A stretch of 64,000 bases of DNA from an uncultured delta proteobacterium (lineage in GTDB: Bacteria > Desulfobacterota > Binatia > DP-6): assembly GCA_963815115.1 (NCBI GenBank), contig CAWFFN010000012.1:256001-320000 (forward strand), given 5' to 3'. Positions 10,626 through 20,619 of this stretch are shown here, piece by piece. The notes beneath the pieces were generated by a model. The model saw only the letters and a list, made by a program, of their open reading frames with translations, did not search any database and was not told where the DNA came from. Within the stretch, counting starts at the first letter, position 1. Every line of letters starts with the position of its first letter. The translations under genes and the position numbers were made by a program.

Positions 10626-11569
10626 GCCGCGTCCTCGGGCGCGGTCACCAGCGCCAGGAAGGCGTCCTCGAGCGAGGTTTCCATCGGCGCGAGGCCGTGG
10701 AGCGGCCATCCCGCTTGCGCCACCGCCGCGGCCAGGGCCGCGCGCAGATCCGCGCCGCGCTCGGTCTCGACGCGACAGCGCGCGTGTCCGCCCGCGGCGG
10801 GAAGCCGCTCGACGCTCCGCACGCCGGGTACGGCGGCGAGCGTGGTCTCGAGGGCATCGCCGGGTGCGCCGGCCTCGACCTCGACGGCCACGCCGGGACG
10901 GAGCCGACCGGCCAGATCGGCAGGCGTGCCCTCGGCGAGCACGCCGCCGTGGTGCAGGACGATCACCCGGTCGCACAGGCTCTCCACGTCGATCAGCACG
11001 TGGCTGGAGACGAAGACGGCATGGTCGCTCCCCAGCCTGCGGATCAGCTGCCGCATCTCCGCGCTCTGGCCCGGGTCCATGCCGGCGATCGGCTCGTCGA
11101 GCAGCAGCGCCGGCGGGTCGCCCACCAGCGCGATGGCGAGTCCGACGCGCTGCCGGGTGCCGCGCGACAGGATGCCGATGCGCCGGTCGGCCAGCGACTC
11201 GAGCCCGGTGCGCGCGAGCGCGTCGGCGATCGCCGCCGTCCGTGCGCCGCCCGCCGGCACGTCGCGCAGCGCGGCCGCGTAGCCGAGCTCGGCGCGCACC
11301 GTCATCTCGCCGTGGAGCGCGGGGTGCTCGGGGGCGTAGCCGATGCGCCGCCGCGCCTCGAGCGGCGCCGTCGCGAGGTCGAGGCCGTCGACCAGCGCCT
11401 GGCCCGAAGAGGGCGGGAAGACGCCCGCCAGGATGCGGAGCGTGGTCGTCTTGCCGGCGCCGTTCGGTCCCAGGAACCCCACCACTTCTCCGCGCCCGAC
11501 CCGAAGCGAGACGTTCCGGATGGCCGTGCGGCGGCCGAAGCGTTTTGCGAGGTTCCTGGCCTCGATCAC
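10622..11569 (-). CDS. ABC transporter ATP-binding protein (GldA-like)
   Basis: Walker A 'GPNGAGKTT', signature 'LSRG', Walker B 'LLLDEP', 'SSH'. Confidence 0.93.
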   Translation of the reverse strand: MIEARNLAKRFGRRTAIRNVSLRVGRGEVVGFLGPNGAGKTTTLRILAGVFPPSSGQALVDGLDLATAPLEARRRIGYAPEHPALHGEMTVRAELGYAAALRDVPAGGARTAAIADALARTGLESLADRRIGILSRGTRQRVGLAIALVGDPPALLLDEPIAGMDPGQSAEMRQLIRRLGSDHAVFVSSHVLIDVESLCDRVIVLHHGGVLAEGTPADLAGRLRPGVAVEVEAGAPGDALETTLAAVPGVRSVERLPAAGGHARCRVETERGADLRAALAAAVAQAGWPLHGLAPMETSLEDAFLALVTAPEDAA

Positions 11570-14124
11570 CCGACAGCCAGCCGCACCGGTTGCTGCTCGC
11601 CGACGGCTCTGACCCGGCGCTCCGAGAGGAAGCGCGGCCGGACCACCTTGACCCACGCCGGCACGAGCACGAGGCCGCCGAAGGTGTTGAATATCATCAG
11701 GAGCGCCAGCAGCAGCCCCATCTCGGCCTGGAACTTCAGGTTCGAGAACCACCAGAACATGGTGCCCGCCAGCATGGTGGTGGCGGTGAAGATGATGGCC
11801 TTGCCGGTGGTCGCGGTCGCATAGTCGACCGCGTCGTCGATGTCGCGGCCCTCGTCCACGGCGTCGATCATGCGACTGAAGTGATAGATGCCGTAGTCCA
11901 CGCCGACGCCCGCACCCGCCGCCGCGATGGGCAGCGAGTTGACGTTGAGGTCGATGTGCCAGAGCCACATGAAGGCCTCGCAGGCGAGCTGCGAGAGCAC
12001 GACCGGGATCATGAGCAGCAACGTCGCCACCAGCGAGCCGTAGGTGAAGTAGAGACAGCACGCCACGGCGAACATCACCATCGCCAGCGTCGTCCAGTAC
12101 GAATCCTCGACCGCCTCGTTCACGGCCGCGAGGACACCGTAGAGGCCGCCCGCGAGCAGGAAATGCATGTTGTCGCTCGAGTGCTGCGCCGCCCAGTGCT
12201 TCGCGCTGTCGATGGCATTCATGATGATGTCGTGCGAGTAGCCGTGGAACAGCGTGATCACGGTGCCATAGCGGAAGTCCGACGATACGAAGCGGTCGAG
12301 GTCGCCCGGCGCGGACGTCTGGGTGAACTGGTAGAACAGCTCGGCGATGTACTTCTGCTTGTCGGGGATGAAGGCCCACTTGGGCTCGCCCTCGTGGAAG
12401 AGCCGCGAGAGCTGCTTCATGATGTCGACGATCGTCACCGACGCGCCGGCGCCCTCGACCGATTCCATGTGGTCGGCCAGCTCCTCCATGGTGGTGAGCG
12501 GCACCACGTCCTTCATGCCGCCTTCCTTGCCGGTGTCGGCGATGACGACGAGCGTGTTGGCGCCCTCGAACTTCTCGTTCAGCTTGGCGTAGGCCACGTT
12601 GTACGGGTGGTCCGGAAACAGCAGCGCCGCTCCCGGCGTCATGTCCCCGACCTTGAGGCGCCAGCCGAAGAACGGACAGACGAGGTAGAGAGCGACGGTG
12701 AGCCACACGCCGGCCCAGCGGCGCCAGCCGTTGCTGGCCGCGATGGTCCACTCGGTGAGCTTCCGGTAGATCACCTCGTGCCAGCGGTAGAGGGCGAGGG
12801 CGATCGCGATCATGATCCCGGTGCGCCACCAGCCGAGGAGCCGGTGCGCGATGTCGAGCGCGTAGACGGCGAAGACGAGCGCCGTGGCGGCGAGCACGGC
12901 GCGGCCGAGCCAGCGCGCCCACTCGGGAGCGTCGCTCTTCACCCCGGGCGGGTTCGTCACCGAGAGGATGATCGGGTGCAACGTCACCACGCTGACGATG
13001 ATCGAGACGATCCAGAAGCTCGAGAAGATCGCGCACTTCTGGATGAGCGGGATGGGGGCGATGGAGACCAGCAGGATCCCGATGCCGTCGCTCAGGACCG
13101 ACGCGATGGCCGGCGGGAAGAGGTGAGAGTACGACTCGACGATCGCCGTGTGCCGGTCGCCGGTGCGGTGGTACTCCTCGTGGTAGCGGTCCATCGACTG
13201 CACCGAGTGCGAGAGGGCGCGCGCCGAGAGGAAGATCGGAATCACCAGCACCAGCGGGTCGAGGTTGAGCCCCAGCAGAGGCACCATGCCGAGCGCCCAG
13301 ACGCTGGAGAGGATGCCGGAGAAGATCGGCACCCAGACGCCCGGCCAGCTCCGGAAGTAGTTCCAGAGCAGGAACGTGAGCGCGGCGACGGTGATGACGA
13401 ACACCTCGCCCACCTCCGGCACGTAGCGCTGGATCGAGGTGTACAGCCAGGGGAAGCCCGCGACGTAGACGGTGTGGTTGTCGTCCTCGAGCTGCTGTTT
13501 GAGGGTGGTGATACGGTCGTAGAGGTAGTTGAAGTCGAGCTCTTCCTCCCAGAAGCCCGCCGTCACGAGCGCCGCGGTGTCGTCCTCCGACACGTAGATG
13601 CCGCGGATGCCCTTGGTCGAGTACACGGCGAACTTGACGCGCTGGGCGTCCTCCATCGTCTGCGGGACGGTCGGGTAGAACACCTCGCGGATCTGGATCG
13701 CCCCCTGGGCATTGGTGATGCTCTTCATCTTCGGGTGCGCGATGGAGAGGATCTGATACGGCACCACGCCCTTGGTCTCGACCAGCGCCTTCGTGGCCTG
13801 GTCGATCTTCTGGAGCGTCGTCGGGTTGTAGATGTCACCGTGCTTGGTCTCGATCACCAGCGTGAGCACGTTGGCGCTCCCGAACATGCGCCGGAACTCG
13901 TTGTAGATCTTGATGTAGGGATGCCCCTCGCGCAGCGTGATCTCGTGGCCGAGGACACTGATCTTGAGTGGCCCGGGGTAGAAGTCGAGGAACTGCGGGA
14001 GCACCTTGATGTGGGTGCACTGGAGAGCGAAGAAGATCGTCATCGCGGCGGTGATGATCGTCACCACCAGCCGGTTGCGGAGCAGGAAGCGGAGATAGGC
14101 GGCGATCCAGCGCTTGGGAATCAT
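11566..14124 (-). CDS. RND/MMPL family transporter
   Basis: Two repeats of TM + large periplasmic loop + 5 TMs; 'GVGVDYGIY', 'TTGKAI', 'LKFQAEMG'. Confidence 0.9.
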   Translation of the reverse strand: MIPKRWIAAYLRFLLRNRLVVTIITAAMTIFFALQCTHIKVLPQFLDFYPGPLKISVLGHEITLREGHPYIKIYNEFRRMFGSANVLTLVIETKHGDIYNPTTLQKIDQATKALVETKGVVPYQILSIAHPKMKSITNAQGAIQIREVFYPTVPQTMEDAQRVKFAVYSTKGIRGIYVSEDDTAALVTAGFWEEELDFNYLYDRITTLKQQLEDDNHTVYVAGFPWLYTSIQRYVPEVGEVFVITVAALTFLLWNYFRSWPGVWVPIFSGILSSVWALGMVPLLGLNLDPLVLVIPIFLSARALSHSVQSMDRYHEEYHRTGDRHTAIVESYSHLFPPAIASVLSDGIGILLVSIAPIPLIQKCAIFSSFWIVSIIVSVVTLHPIILSVTNPPGVKSDAPEWARWLGRAVLAATALVFAVYALDIAHRLLGWWRTGIMIAIALALYRWHEVIYRKLTEWTIAASNGWRRWAGVWLTVALYLVCPFFGWRLKVGDMTPGAALLFPDHPYNVAYAKLNEKFEGANTLVVIADTGKEGGMKDVVPLTTMEELADHMESVEGAGASVTIVDIMKQLSRLFHEGEPKWAFIPDKQKYIAELFYQFTQTSAPGDLDRFVSSDFRYGTVITLFHGYSHDIIMNAIDSAKHWAAQHSSDNMHFLLAGGLYGVLAAVNEAVEDSYWTTLAMVMFAVACCLYFTYGSLVATLLLMIPVVLSQLACEAFMWLWHIDLNVNSLPIAAAGAGVGVDYGIYHFSRMIDAVDEGRDIDDAVDYATATTGKAIIFTATTMLAGTMFWWFSNLKFQAEMGLLLALLMIFNTFGGLVLVPAWVKVVRPRFLSERRVRAVGEQQPVRLAVG

Positions 14125-15134
14125 GAAGTCCTCGTGGCGGACGCGGCGTGGGCGCCGAGCTGCTTCACGTTCGAGCCGTCGACGCGGAGGACGAGACCTT
14201 CCGAGCCCACGGCCAGCCCGTGGCCTCCGGGCGCGAGCCAGATGGAGCGGATCCAGTTGGCGGCGAACTGGAGCGGCAGCGGCTCGACCGCCCAGGTGGC
14301 GCCGCCGTCGGCGGTCTTGAGCACCGTGCCCTGATCGCCCACGATCCAGCCCTGCTGTCCGCGGACGAAGACGTCGAACAGCGAGCGGCCCTGAACCGGC
14401 GGCGGGACGGGGGACCAGGTGGCGCCGCCGTTCTCGGTGCGCAGGATGACCGAGTCGAGACCGACGGCGATGCCGTGCTGCGGGTCGCTGAACCGCACGC
14501 CGAAGAGCGTGCTCTCCACCGGCGTGGTCTGCTGGTGCCAGGTACGACCGCCGTCCTGGCTCGCGAGGACGACGCCGAACTCCCCGACCTGCCAGGCGTG
14601 ATCGGCGTCGCCGAAGCTGAGGCCGTAGAGGTTGACGTCGCCGGGCTCCACCCCGGTGTCGAGCGCGCTCTCCGGCAGCTTGACGTCCTCCCCGACCCGC
14701 GTCGCCGTCCAGGTGGCGCCGCCGTCCTCGGTGTGGATCATGGTGCCGAAGTCGCCGGCGCCATGGCCGCGCTGCGCGGTGGGAAACTCGAGCGCGAAGA
14801 CGTGGCGCTGCGAGCCGGTGTTCTGCTGTGTCCAGGTGGCGCCGGCATCCTTGGTGGCATAGACGACGCCTTCCTTGCCGGCGATCCAGGCCGTCTTGGC
14901 GTCGAGGCAGCTCATGGCGAGGAAGGGGCGCTTGGTGTGCGCGTCCTGCTGCTCCCAGGTGACGCCGCCGTCGCGGGTGCGGAAGATGCGTCCCAGCTCG
15001 CCCACCATCCACCCTTCCTGATCGCTCGGGAAGCAGGTGGCGAAGAGGTTCTGGTGGACGTCGGCCAGGTCGACCGGCGCCGCCCAGGCACCCGCCGCGC
15101 AGGCGACGGCGAGCGCGGCGACGACGACTTTCAT
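14121..15134 (-). CDS. YCF48-like / BNR-repeat beta-propeller protein
   Basis: Signal peptide; repeated 'T.DGG.TW' motifs and 'VGE.G'; SD GAGGAGG. Confidence 0.9.
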   Translation of the reverse strand: MKVVVAALAVACAAGAWAAPVDLADVHQNLFATCFPSDQEGWMVGELGRIFRTRDGGVTWEQQDAHTKRPFLAMSCLDAKTAWIAGKEGVVYATKDAGATWTQQNTGSQRHVFALEFPTAQRGHGAGDFGTMIHTEDGGATWTATRVGEDVKLPESALDTGVEPGDVNLYGLSFGDADHAWQVGEFGVVLASQDGGRTWHQQTTPVESTLFGVRFSDPQHGIAVGLDSVILRTENGGATWSPVPPPVQGRSLFDVFVRGQQGWIVGDQGTVLKTADGGATWAVEPLPLQFAANWIRSIWLAPGGHGLAVGSEGLVLRVDGSNVKQLGAHAASATRTS

Positions 15135-15204
15135 GCGGACCCTCCTCGATGCTCGGGCACGGCCCGTGCAGATCTCGAGATTGTACCGCACGGTCAGTTC
15201 CGGC

Positions 15205-15234
15205 CTTTACCCGCGGGCGGGGGAAAGTGTCAAC
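15205..15234 (-). promoter_or_regulatory. Sigma70-like internal promoter upstream of YCF48 gene
   Basis: Minus strand TTGACA-N18-TAAAGG in a 150-bp gap. Confidence 0.45.
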
Positions 15235-15285
15235 GGCGTGCTGCGTCAGACGACACGATCCGAACCCCTGCCGGACCTCAGCCGG

Positions 15286-17139
15286 TCAGAAGACGTACTC
15301 GACCTGGAAGCGAAGGTTGTCCTTGTCGCGCACGGCACCGAACTGCTGCGCCGCCACCGACTGGACCGCCGTGTAGTCCATGGTGACCCGGAACGGGTCG
15401 CGAACGTAGGTGACGCCGGGCTGGAAGACCATGCCGCCGACCCAGTCGTAGAACATGCCGAAGGACGGCACGATGCGTCCTCCGGAATACGACGTGGTGA
15501 TGAGGAGCGTCTGGAGGATCTCGTTGTCCTTGAGCGGGTAGAAGCGCGGACTGAGCTGACATGCGCGACGATTGTTCTTCGGCCCGCAGCTGTTGCCGAG
15601 GAGAATGATGTCCTTGTTCACCGGGAGATTCCGATATGGCGTCGGCAGCACGAGATCCCCGGGGGAATCGAAGATGTGCTTGTAGAAGAGCTGCGTCGAG
15701 AAGAAGAACGTCTGGGTCGGGTTCAGCCACCGGATGAAGCGGTTCACGTCCAGGCCGACCGACATGTTGAAGCTGTTCAGCGTCAGCACCTGTCCAAAGT
15801 ACGGCTTGGTGCGGGTCAGATCCAGGAAGCGCGGGTAGACGAAGGGGTTGACGCCGCCATCGGTGTTGTCTGCCGCACGCAGCCGCCTCGTCCCGGGAGT
15901 GTTCGGTCCGGCGGTGGAATCGCCGGTGTCGCCCACGCCCTGGCGGCTGAACGGCTGGTGCGCGAAGTACGCGATCTCCGAGCGCACGATGGTGTAGAGC
16001 GACGGGATCGGGAACGTCGCCGAGCCGCCGGTGATGGCGACGCGGGGGAAGCGCTGGTAGGCCAGGATCGGGTTCTGGAAGCTCGGAGTCGGTCCGATCG
16101 TGGTGCCGTTCGGGAGCGTGCGCAGCCCGGGTATGCGAAACTGCGTTCCCGGGACGTCGAGGTAGGTGTAGTAGTGCGCCAGCGTCCAGGTGACGTCCTT
16201 GGCGGTGAACACCAGCCGACCGCCGCCCCGGACGTCGGTCCCGGAGGGCGCGGCGATGATCTGGCGGACCGCCGGGTTCGGGAAGCCGATGCCGCCCGGG
16301 ATCCACGTCGAGCCGGGCGGGATGCCCGGATCCGTGGCGACCTTGTCGCCCTGGGCGACGAATCCCTCCGCGAAGGCGTCCTGGAAGGGGCCGTAGGAGC
16401 CGATTTGCCAGCTCGCGCGCACCATTCCGACCGGCACGCGGCGCTCGTCGAGCGCGATGAAGAAGCCGCCGAAGCTGTCGTCGAGCGGGTTGATGTTGTC
16501 GAGCAGGCGGAAGACGTCCGTCTCGCCCCAGGCGAGCACCTGCCTGCCGATACGGACGAAGAGAGGGCCCTTCTCGAAGTCGAGGTAGGCGAGAAACAAA
16601 CGGTAGCGCTGCTGGGCGTTGCGCAGCAGGCGGTCGACGCGGTCCTTGATGAACGGCTCCGTCAGCTTGGGGGAGAGCCCGAGGGGCTTGAACGTCGGCA
16701 CGTCGAGTCGCGTTCTGCGCAGGCCGGCGGCTTGCTCGCTGTACTCGTTCGGACCCCACTGGTAGAGCCCCTCGCCCTCGCCGCGGAACTCCAGGGTGTA
16801 GCGCAGCGAGGTGGGGTTGATCAGCCGGAAGGGCGCGAGGAGGCCCCGGCTCTGGTTCGCCAGGCGGGTGAGGTCGTGGTCCCAGTGGATCTGGAGGAAA
16901 AAGCGATCCTGTCGCAGATGGCCGACACCCGAGACCGGGTAGTTGAGCGGGTTGTCGTCGTTCCCGATCTCGTTCGTGCCGACGCGTACCGCCGTGTATG
17001 CCCGCAGGCCGAGCCGCATCTCGCCCCGGTCGTCCAGGGTGAGCGCCGAGCTCGACCGGGTGCCGGACAGCACCGCGAGCGCGGTGAGCGCCACCGTCAG
17101 GAGTCGTCCCTTGAGCCGCCTGGCCAGGACCGTCGTCAT
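15286..17139 (-). CDS. DUF1302-family outer-membrane protein
   Basis: Signal peptide, 'RIGRQVLAWGETDVFRLLDNINP', C-terminal beta-signal 'FQVEYVF'; context with YCF48/RND/DUF1329. Confidence 0.85.
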   Translation of the reverse strand: MTTVLARRLKGRLLTVALTALAVLSGTRSSSALTLDDRGEMRLGLRAYTAVRVGTNEIGNDDNPLNYPVSGVGHLRQDRFFLQIHWDHDLTRLANQSRGLLAPFRLINPTSLRYTLEFRGEGEGLYQWGPNEYSEQAAGLRRTRLDVPTFKPLGLSPKLTEPFIKDRVDRLLRNAQQRYRLFLAYLDFEKGPLFVRIGRQVLAWGETDVFRLLDNINPLDDSFGGFFIALDERRVPVGMVRASWQIGSYGPFQDAFAEGFVAQGDKVATDPGIPPGSTWIPGGIGFPNPAVRQIIAAPSGTDVRGGGRLVFTAKDVTWTLAHYYTYLDVPGTQFRIPGLRTLPNGTTIGPTPSFQNPILAYQRFPRVAITGGSATFPIPSLYTIVRSEIAYFAHQPFSRQGVGDTGDSTAGPNTPGTRRLRAADNTDGGVNPFVYPRFLDLTRTKPYFGQVLTLNSFNMSVGLDVNRFIRWLNPTQTFFFSTQLFYKHIFDSPGDLVLPTPYRNLPVNKDIILLGNSCGPKNNRRACQLSPRFYPLKDNEILQTLLITTSYSGGRIVPSFGMFYDWVGGMVFQPGVTYVRDPFRVTMDYTAVQSVAAQQFGAVRDKDNLRFQVEYVF

Positions 17140-17191
17140 TCCCCCACCTCCGACGAAGGCGGATGAGCCGCGCTGTTTGTAAGGCCGCGGC

Positions 17192-17221
17192 GTTATAAGA
17201 AAGCGCGCACGAAGGTGTCAA
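17192..17221 (-). promoter_or_regulatory. Sigma70 promoter of the DUF1302 operon
   Basis: Minus strand TTGACA-N18-TATAAC. Confidence 0.65.
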
Positions 17222-17263
17222 GAACGTCGGCTCGGCAGGCGCGCCCGGAGCGCGCGAACGGCC

Positions 17264-18295
17264 TCACCAGGCGCGCGTCTCGCCGATCGCCGGGGTCCAG
17301 ATACGCGCCGCGTCGATGCCGCGGCGCGCTGCCTCTGCGTGGAACCGGCGGGGCGGCTCGTCGAGCGGCTCGTCGGTCAGGTCGAAGGTGCCGTAGTGGA
17401 TGCCGAGCATGCGCCGGGCGCCCACGTCGACGCCGGCCTGCAGCGCCTCTTCGGGATTGAGATGCACCGGCTGCATCATCGCAGGCGGGTCGTAGGCGCC
17501 GATCGGCAACGCCGCCAGGTCGAAGGGGCCGAGGCGCGCCCGGATGTCGGCGAAGGAGCGCGTGGAGCCGGTGTCGCCGGCGAAGTAGAAGCGGTGCGTC
17601 GGCCCCACCGCGACCCAGCCCGACCAGAGCGACCGGTTCATGTCGCTCAGCCCGCGCTGGCTCCAGTGGCGAGCCGGCACGCAGGTGATGGTCACGCCGC
17701 CGACCACGCGGGACTCCCACCAGTCGAGCTCGTCGACCGGCCCGATCCCCTCGTCGCGCAGCAGCTCGGCGACGCGAAGCGGCACGAAGAAGCGGGTGCC
17801 GCGTGCGGCCAGCGCCCGCAGGGTCGGGAGGTCGAGATGGTCGTAGTGGCTGTGCGAGATCAGCACCGCGTCGACGGGGGGCAGCGCCGCCAGCGGCATG
17901 GGCGGCGGGACGAAGCGGCGCGGACCGAGGAACGACACCGGGCTCGCCGTGGACGACCAGATGGGATCGGTGAGCAGGGTCACGTGGTCCATCTGCACCA
18001 GCACGCTGGCGTGGCCCATCCAGGTGACGCTGGGGGCGCTGTGGCGCGCGTTGTCGCGCAGCCAGGCGCCGTCGTTGGCCGCGACGGGCGGCGCACCCGG
18101 GCGCGCGAAGAACGCCCCGACGGCGCGGCGCAGGAAGAAGGGCACGGTGACCAGCGGTCCGGCGCGCTGCCAGGGCTCCAGGTTGCGGAACCCGCCGTCG
18201 ACGTGATGCGGCTGATCCTCCATCGCCATGGCCGTCCCCGTCAGCGCGCAGAGGGCGATCGCCACGACGCTCCGCGCCAGATGCCCGACGTGCAC
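17264..18295 (-). CDS. MBL-fold metallo-hydrolase (NAPE-PLD/RomA-like)
   Basis: 'TWMGHAS', 'TDPIWS', 'SHSHYDHLD', 'PARHWS', 'FAGDTG', 'LPIGAY', 'IHYGTF'. Confidence 0.9.
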   Translation of the reverse strand: MHVGHLARSVVAIALCALTGTAMAMEDQPHHVDGGFRNLEPWQRAGPLVTVPFFLRRAVGAFFARPGAPPVAANDGAWLRDNARHSAPSVTWMGHASVLVQMDHVTLLTDPIWSSTASPVSFLGPRRFVPPPMPLAALPPVDAVLISHSHYDHLDLPTLRALAARGTRFFVPLRVAELLRDEGIGPVDELDWWESRVVGGVTITCVPARHWSQRGLSDMNRSLWSGWVAVGPTHRFYFAGDTGSTRSFADIRARLGPFDLAALPIGAYDPPAMMQPVHLNPEEALQAGVDVGARRMLGIHYGTFDLTDEPLDEPPRRFHAEAARRGIDAARIWTPAIGETRAW

Positions 18296-18398
18296 GGCCA
18301 GGAGCTAGCCGCTCCGCGCCGCCGTGTCACCCGGTCGCGGGTGCGGGCGGTTCCTGCGGCGCCGGGGTTGCTCGCGAGGGCGCTGCTCCGGAGCGCGA

Positions 18399-19883
18399 TC
18401 AGCGTGGCTCCACCAGGGCGAGCACGGCTCGCGGCCGGCGCTCCTGGCGCACGATGCGGCCGCCGGCGGAGAGCGCCGTGAGGATGCGCTCCTCGTCACC
18501 CGGCGAGAGGCGCGAGGCGACGAACCAGACACGGCTGCCGCCGGCGAGGGCGCGGGCCACCGGCTCCTCGACGTTGTCGCCGCGCACCACGATCACCGCC
18601 GGGTCGTCGAGGGCGACGATGAAGCCGTTGGCGAGCGCGGGCGCGGGGATCAGCACGGGCGACTTCGCGCCGTAGTAACCCCAGACGAACGCGCTGCGCT
18701 CGTAGAGCAGCACCCGGTCGCCCGGTCGTCGCTCGATCTCGAGCTCGCGCATCAGGGGCCCGACATCCTCGGCGAACGCCGGACGAGCCACCCCCGAGAC
18801 GCGGCCCCGGACGACCGCCACGGCGAGCAGCGCGACCACGGCGAGCGCGAGGGGCCGCAACGCGGCGCGCGGCCACAGCCCCGCGACGACGCGTCCGGCG
18901 GCAGCGCCGGTCGTCACCAGGAGCAGGGTGGAGAGGAAGAGGTTGGTACGCTGGACGCCGAGGGGAAACAGGTCCGCGAGCGACAGCACGACGAGCTCGC
19001 CGACGAGCAGCAGCAGGGCGAGCGCGGCCAGGCGGCCGTCTCGAGTCGCGAGGAGGATGACGAGCCCCGCGAGTGCGAGCCAGACGCCATGGGGTCCGAG
19101 TGCTGGCGTGAGCAACTGGTTGGCGCTCGCGTACAGGAAGGCGCCCAGCGCATGGGCGCCCGAGCGGGGCGCGTACTGCGCCTGCCAGTAGGCGTGCATC
19201 GCGGGCGTGAGCCACGGACGCACCAGCACGGCGAACCACGCCAGGTTCCAGAGCCCGACCGCGGCGGCTGCGAGCGCGATGCGCCGCCACCCCGCCCGGT
19301 CGCGCGCCAGCAGCGCGCCGCCGGCGAGCACCGCGAGGAGCGGCGGGGCGATGACCAGCTGCGTGTTCGAGAGCGTCACGCCGAGGGCGAGGACGGCAAC
19401 GAGAACGGCCACGTCGACCCCGCGCCCCCTCCGGGAGACGGCGATGGCGGCGAGGAAGGCGAGCAGCGCCAGGGCGGCCTCGGCGCTGTAGTGCTTCAGC
19501 TGCTGCGCCCAGGTGACCGAGACCGGATCCAGCGCCACCAGCGCGAGGGCGAGCAGTCCACCTGCCGGGTGGCCTGCGAGACGGCGGCCGAGCCGCCAGG
19601 CGAGCCACATGGTCAGCAGCCCGAACGCCAGGGCGAGCACCCGCAGCGACACCTCCGGCGGACCCACCAGCGCGAGCGGCCGCAGCAACACGCCCCACAG
19701 GAGCGGCGTGACGCAGAGCGCGAGCAGGAGCTGCCGGGTGCCCTCGACACGCGTGGAGATTGCGACCCAGGCCTCGTCGTTCCAGAAGCCGTACTGTCCG
19801 AAGCCCCAGACACGGAGCGCGACGCCGATCAGCCCGATCGCCCACGCGAGCTTCCCGATCTCCGATCCTCTTCCGGCGGGCAT
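18399..19883 (-). CDS. GT-C fold (ArnT/PMT-like) membrane glycosyltransferase
   Basis: TM1 followed by 'FWNDE', 'LRVLALAFG', 'QLKHYS', more than 10 TMs. Confidence 0.75.
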   Translation of the reverse strand: MPAGRGSEIGKLAWAIGLIGVALRVWGFGQYGFWNDEAWVAISTRVEGTRQLLLALCVTPLLWGVLLRPLALVGPPEVSLRVLALAFGLLTMWLAWRLGRRLAGHPAGGLLALALVALDPVSVTWAQQLKHYSAEAALALLAFLAAIAVSRRGRGVDVAVLVAVLALGVTLSNTQLVIAPPLLAVLAGGALLARDRAGWRRIALAAAAVGLWNLAWFAVLVRPWLTPAMHAYWQAQYAPRSGAHALGAFLYASANQLLTPALGPHGVWLALAGLVILLATRDGRLAALALLLLVGELVVLSLADLFPLGVQRTNLFLSTLLLVTTGAAAGRVVAGLWPRAALRPLALAVVALLAVAVVRGRVSGVARPAFAEDVGPLMRELEIERRPGDRVLLYERSAFVWGYYGAKSPVLIPAPALANGFIVALDDPAVIVVRGDNVEEPVARALAGGSRVWFVASRLSPGDEERILTALSAGGRIVRQERRPRAVLALVEPR

Positions 19884-19966
19884 GCTCCGGCGGCGTATAG
19901 CGAGCCGTTGCCCACGGCCGCCACCGCCGCACGGCGCCCTCGCCGACCCCCTCGTCGAGCCTGCGG

Positions 19967-19995
19967 TTGAGCCTGCACTCGGACTGCAATAAGTT
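19967..19995 (+). promoter_or_regulatory. TetR gene promoter with operator-like palindrome
   Basis: TTGAGC-N17-TAAGTT with TGCACTC-G-GACTGCA (19974-19988) in the spacer. Confidence 0.55.
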
Positions 19996-20004
19996 CCGGC
20001 CGGC

Positions 20005-20619
20005 ATGACGTCGGCTCCCTCTCTGGCGTCCTTCAACGAGATGGACGGACGGCTCGCGCGCGGAGCGCGCGCTCGTGCCGCCATCGTCGATGCGCTCTTC
20101 GCGCTCATCGAGGAGGGCGACCTCCGGCCCAGCGCCGCCCGCATCGCCGAGCGGGCCGGCGTCTCCCTGCGCTCGGTGTTCCAGCACTTCAAGGACGTCG
20201 AGTCGCTGTTCGCGGCCCTGGCCGACCGGCAGCGAGAACGGCTGGCACCTCTCGCGGCGCGCGTCCCCGGCGACGGCCCGCTGTCGAAGCGTCTCGATGC
20301 GTTCGTCGCGACGCGGGCGCGCCTCCTCGAGGTCATCGCACCGCTGCGGCGCGCCGCGCTTCTGATGGAGCCGTTCTCGCACGAGCTCGGCGCGCGCCTG
20401 GCGGCATTCCGCCGCTTGAAGGCCGAGGAGGTGCGGCGTGTCTTCGCGCCCGAGCTGGCGCGCCGCTCGCCCGCCGCCCGCCGCCGCCTCCTCGCCGCAC
20501 TCGTCGCCGCGTCGAGCTGGAGCACCTGGCAGGCCCTGCGCGACCATCAGGGGCTGTCGCGCGCCGAGGCGCGGCACGTGCTCCACCACACCCTCGGCGC
20601 GTTGCTCGAGGCCCGCTGA
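20005..20619 (+). CDS. TetR/AcrR family transcriptional regulator
   Basis: 'DGRLARG.R.RAAIVDA..IAERAGVSLRSVFQHFKD' HTH. Confidence 0.92.
   Translation: MTSAPSLASFNEMDGRLARGARARAAIVDALFALIEEGDLRPSAARIAERAGVSLRSVFQHFKDVESLFAALADRQRERLAPLAARVPGDGPLSKRLDAFVATRARLLEVIAPLRRAALLMEPFSHELGARLAAFRRLKAEEVRRVFAPELARRSPAARRRLLAALVAASSWSTWQALRDHQGLSRAEARHVLHHTLGALLEAR

Noticed and set aside
8542-11569. GldA/F/G-like genes as evidence of gliding motility
   Set aside because: These ABC families are widespread outside Bacteroidota and no T9SS/Gld motor genes are in the window
10531-14334. Very long ORFs such as 10531-14334 (+), 27416-31258 (+), 18496-21717 (-), 27183-30599 (-) and 53543-57223 (-)
   Set aside because: Antisense or off-frame shadows of recognisable genes in high-GC DNA; Arg/Ala/Gly/Pro-rich with no motifs
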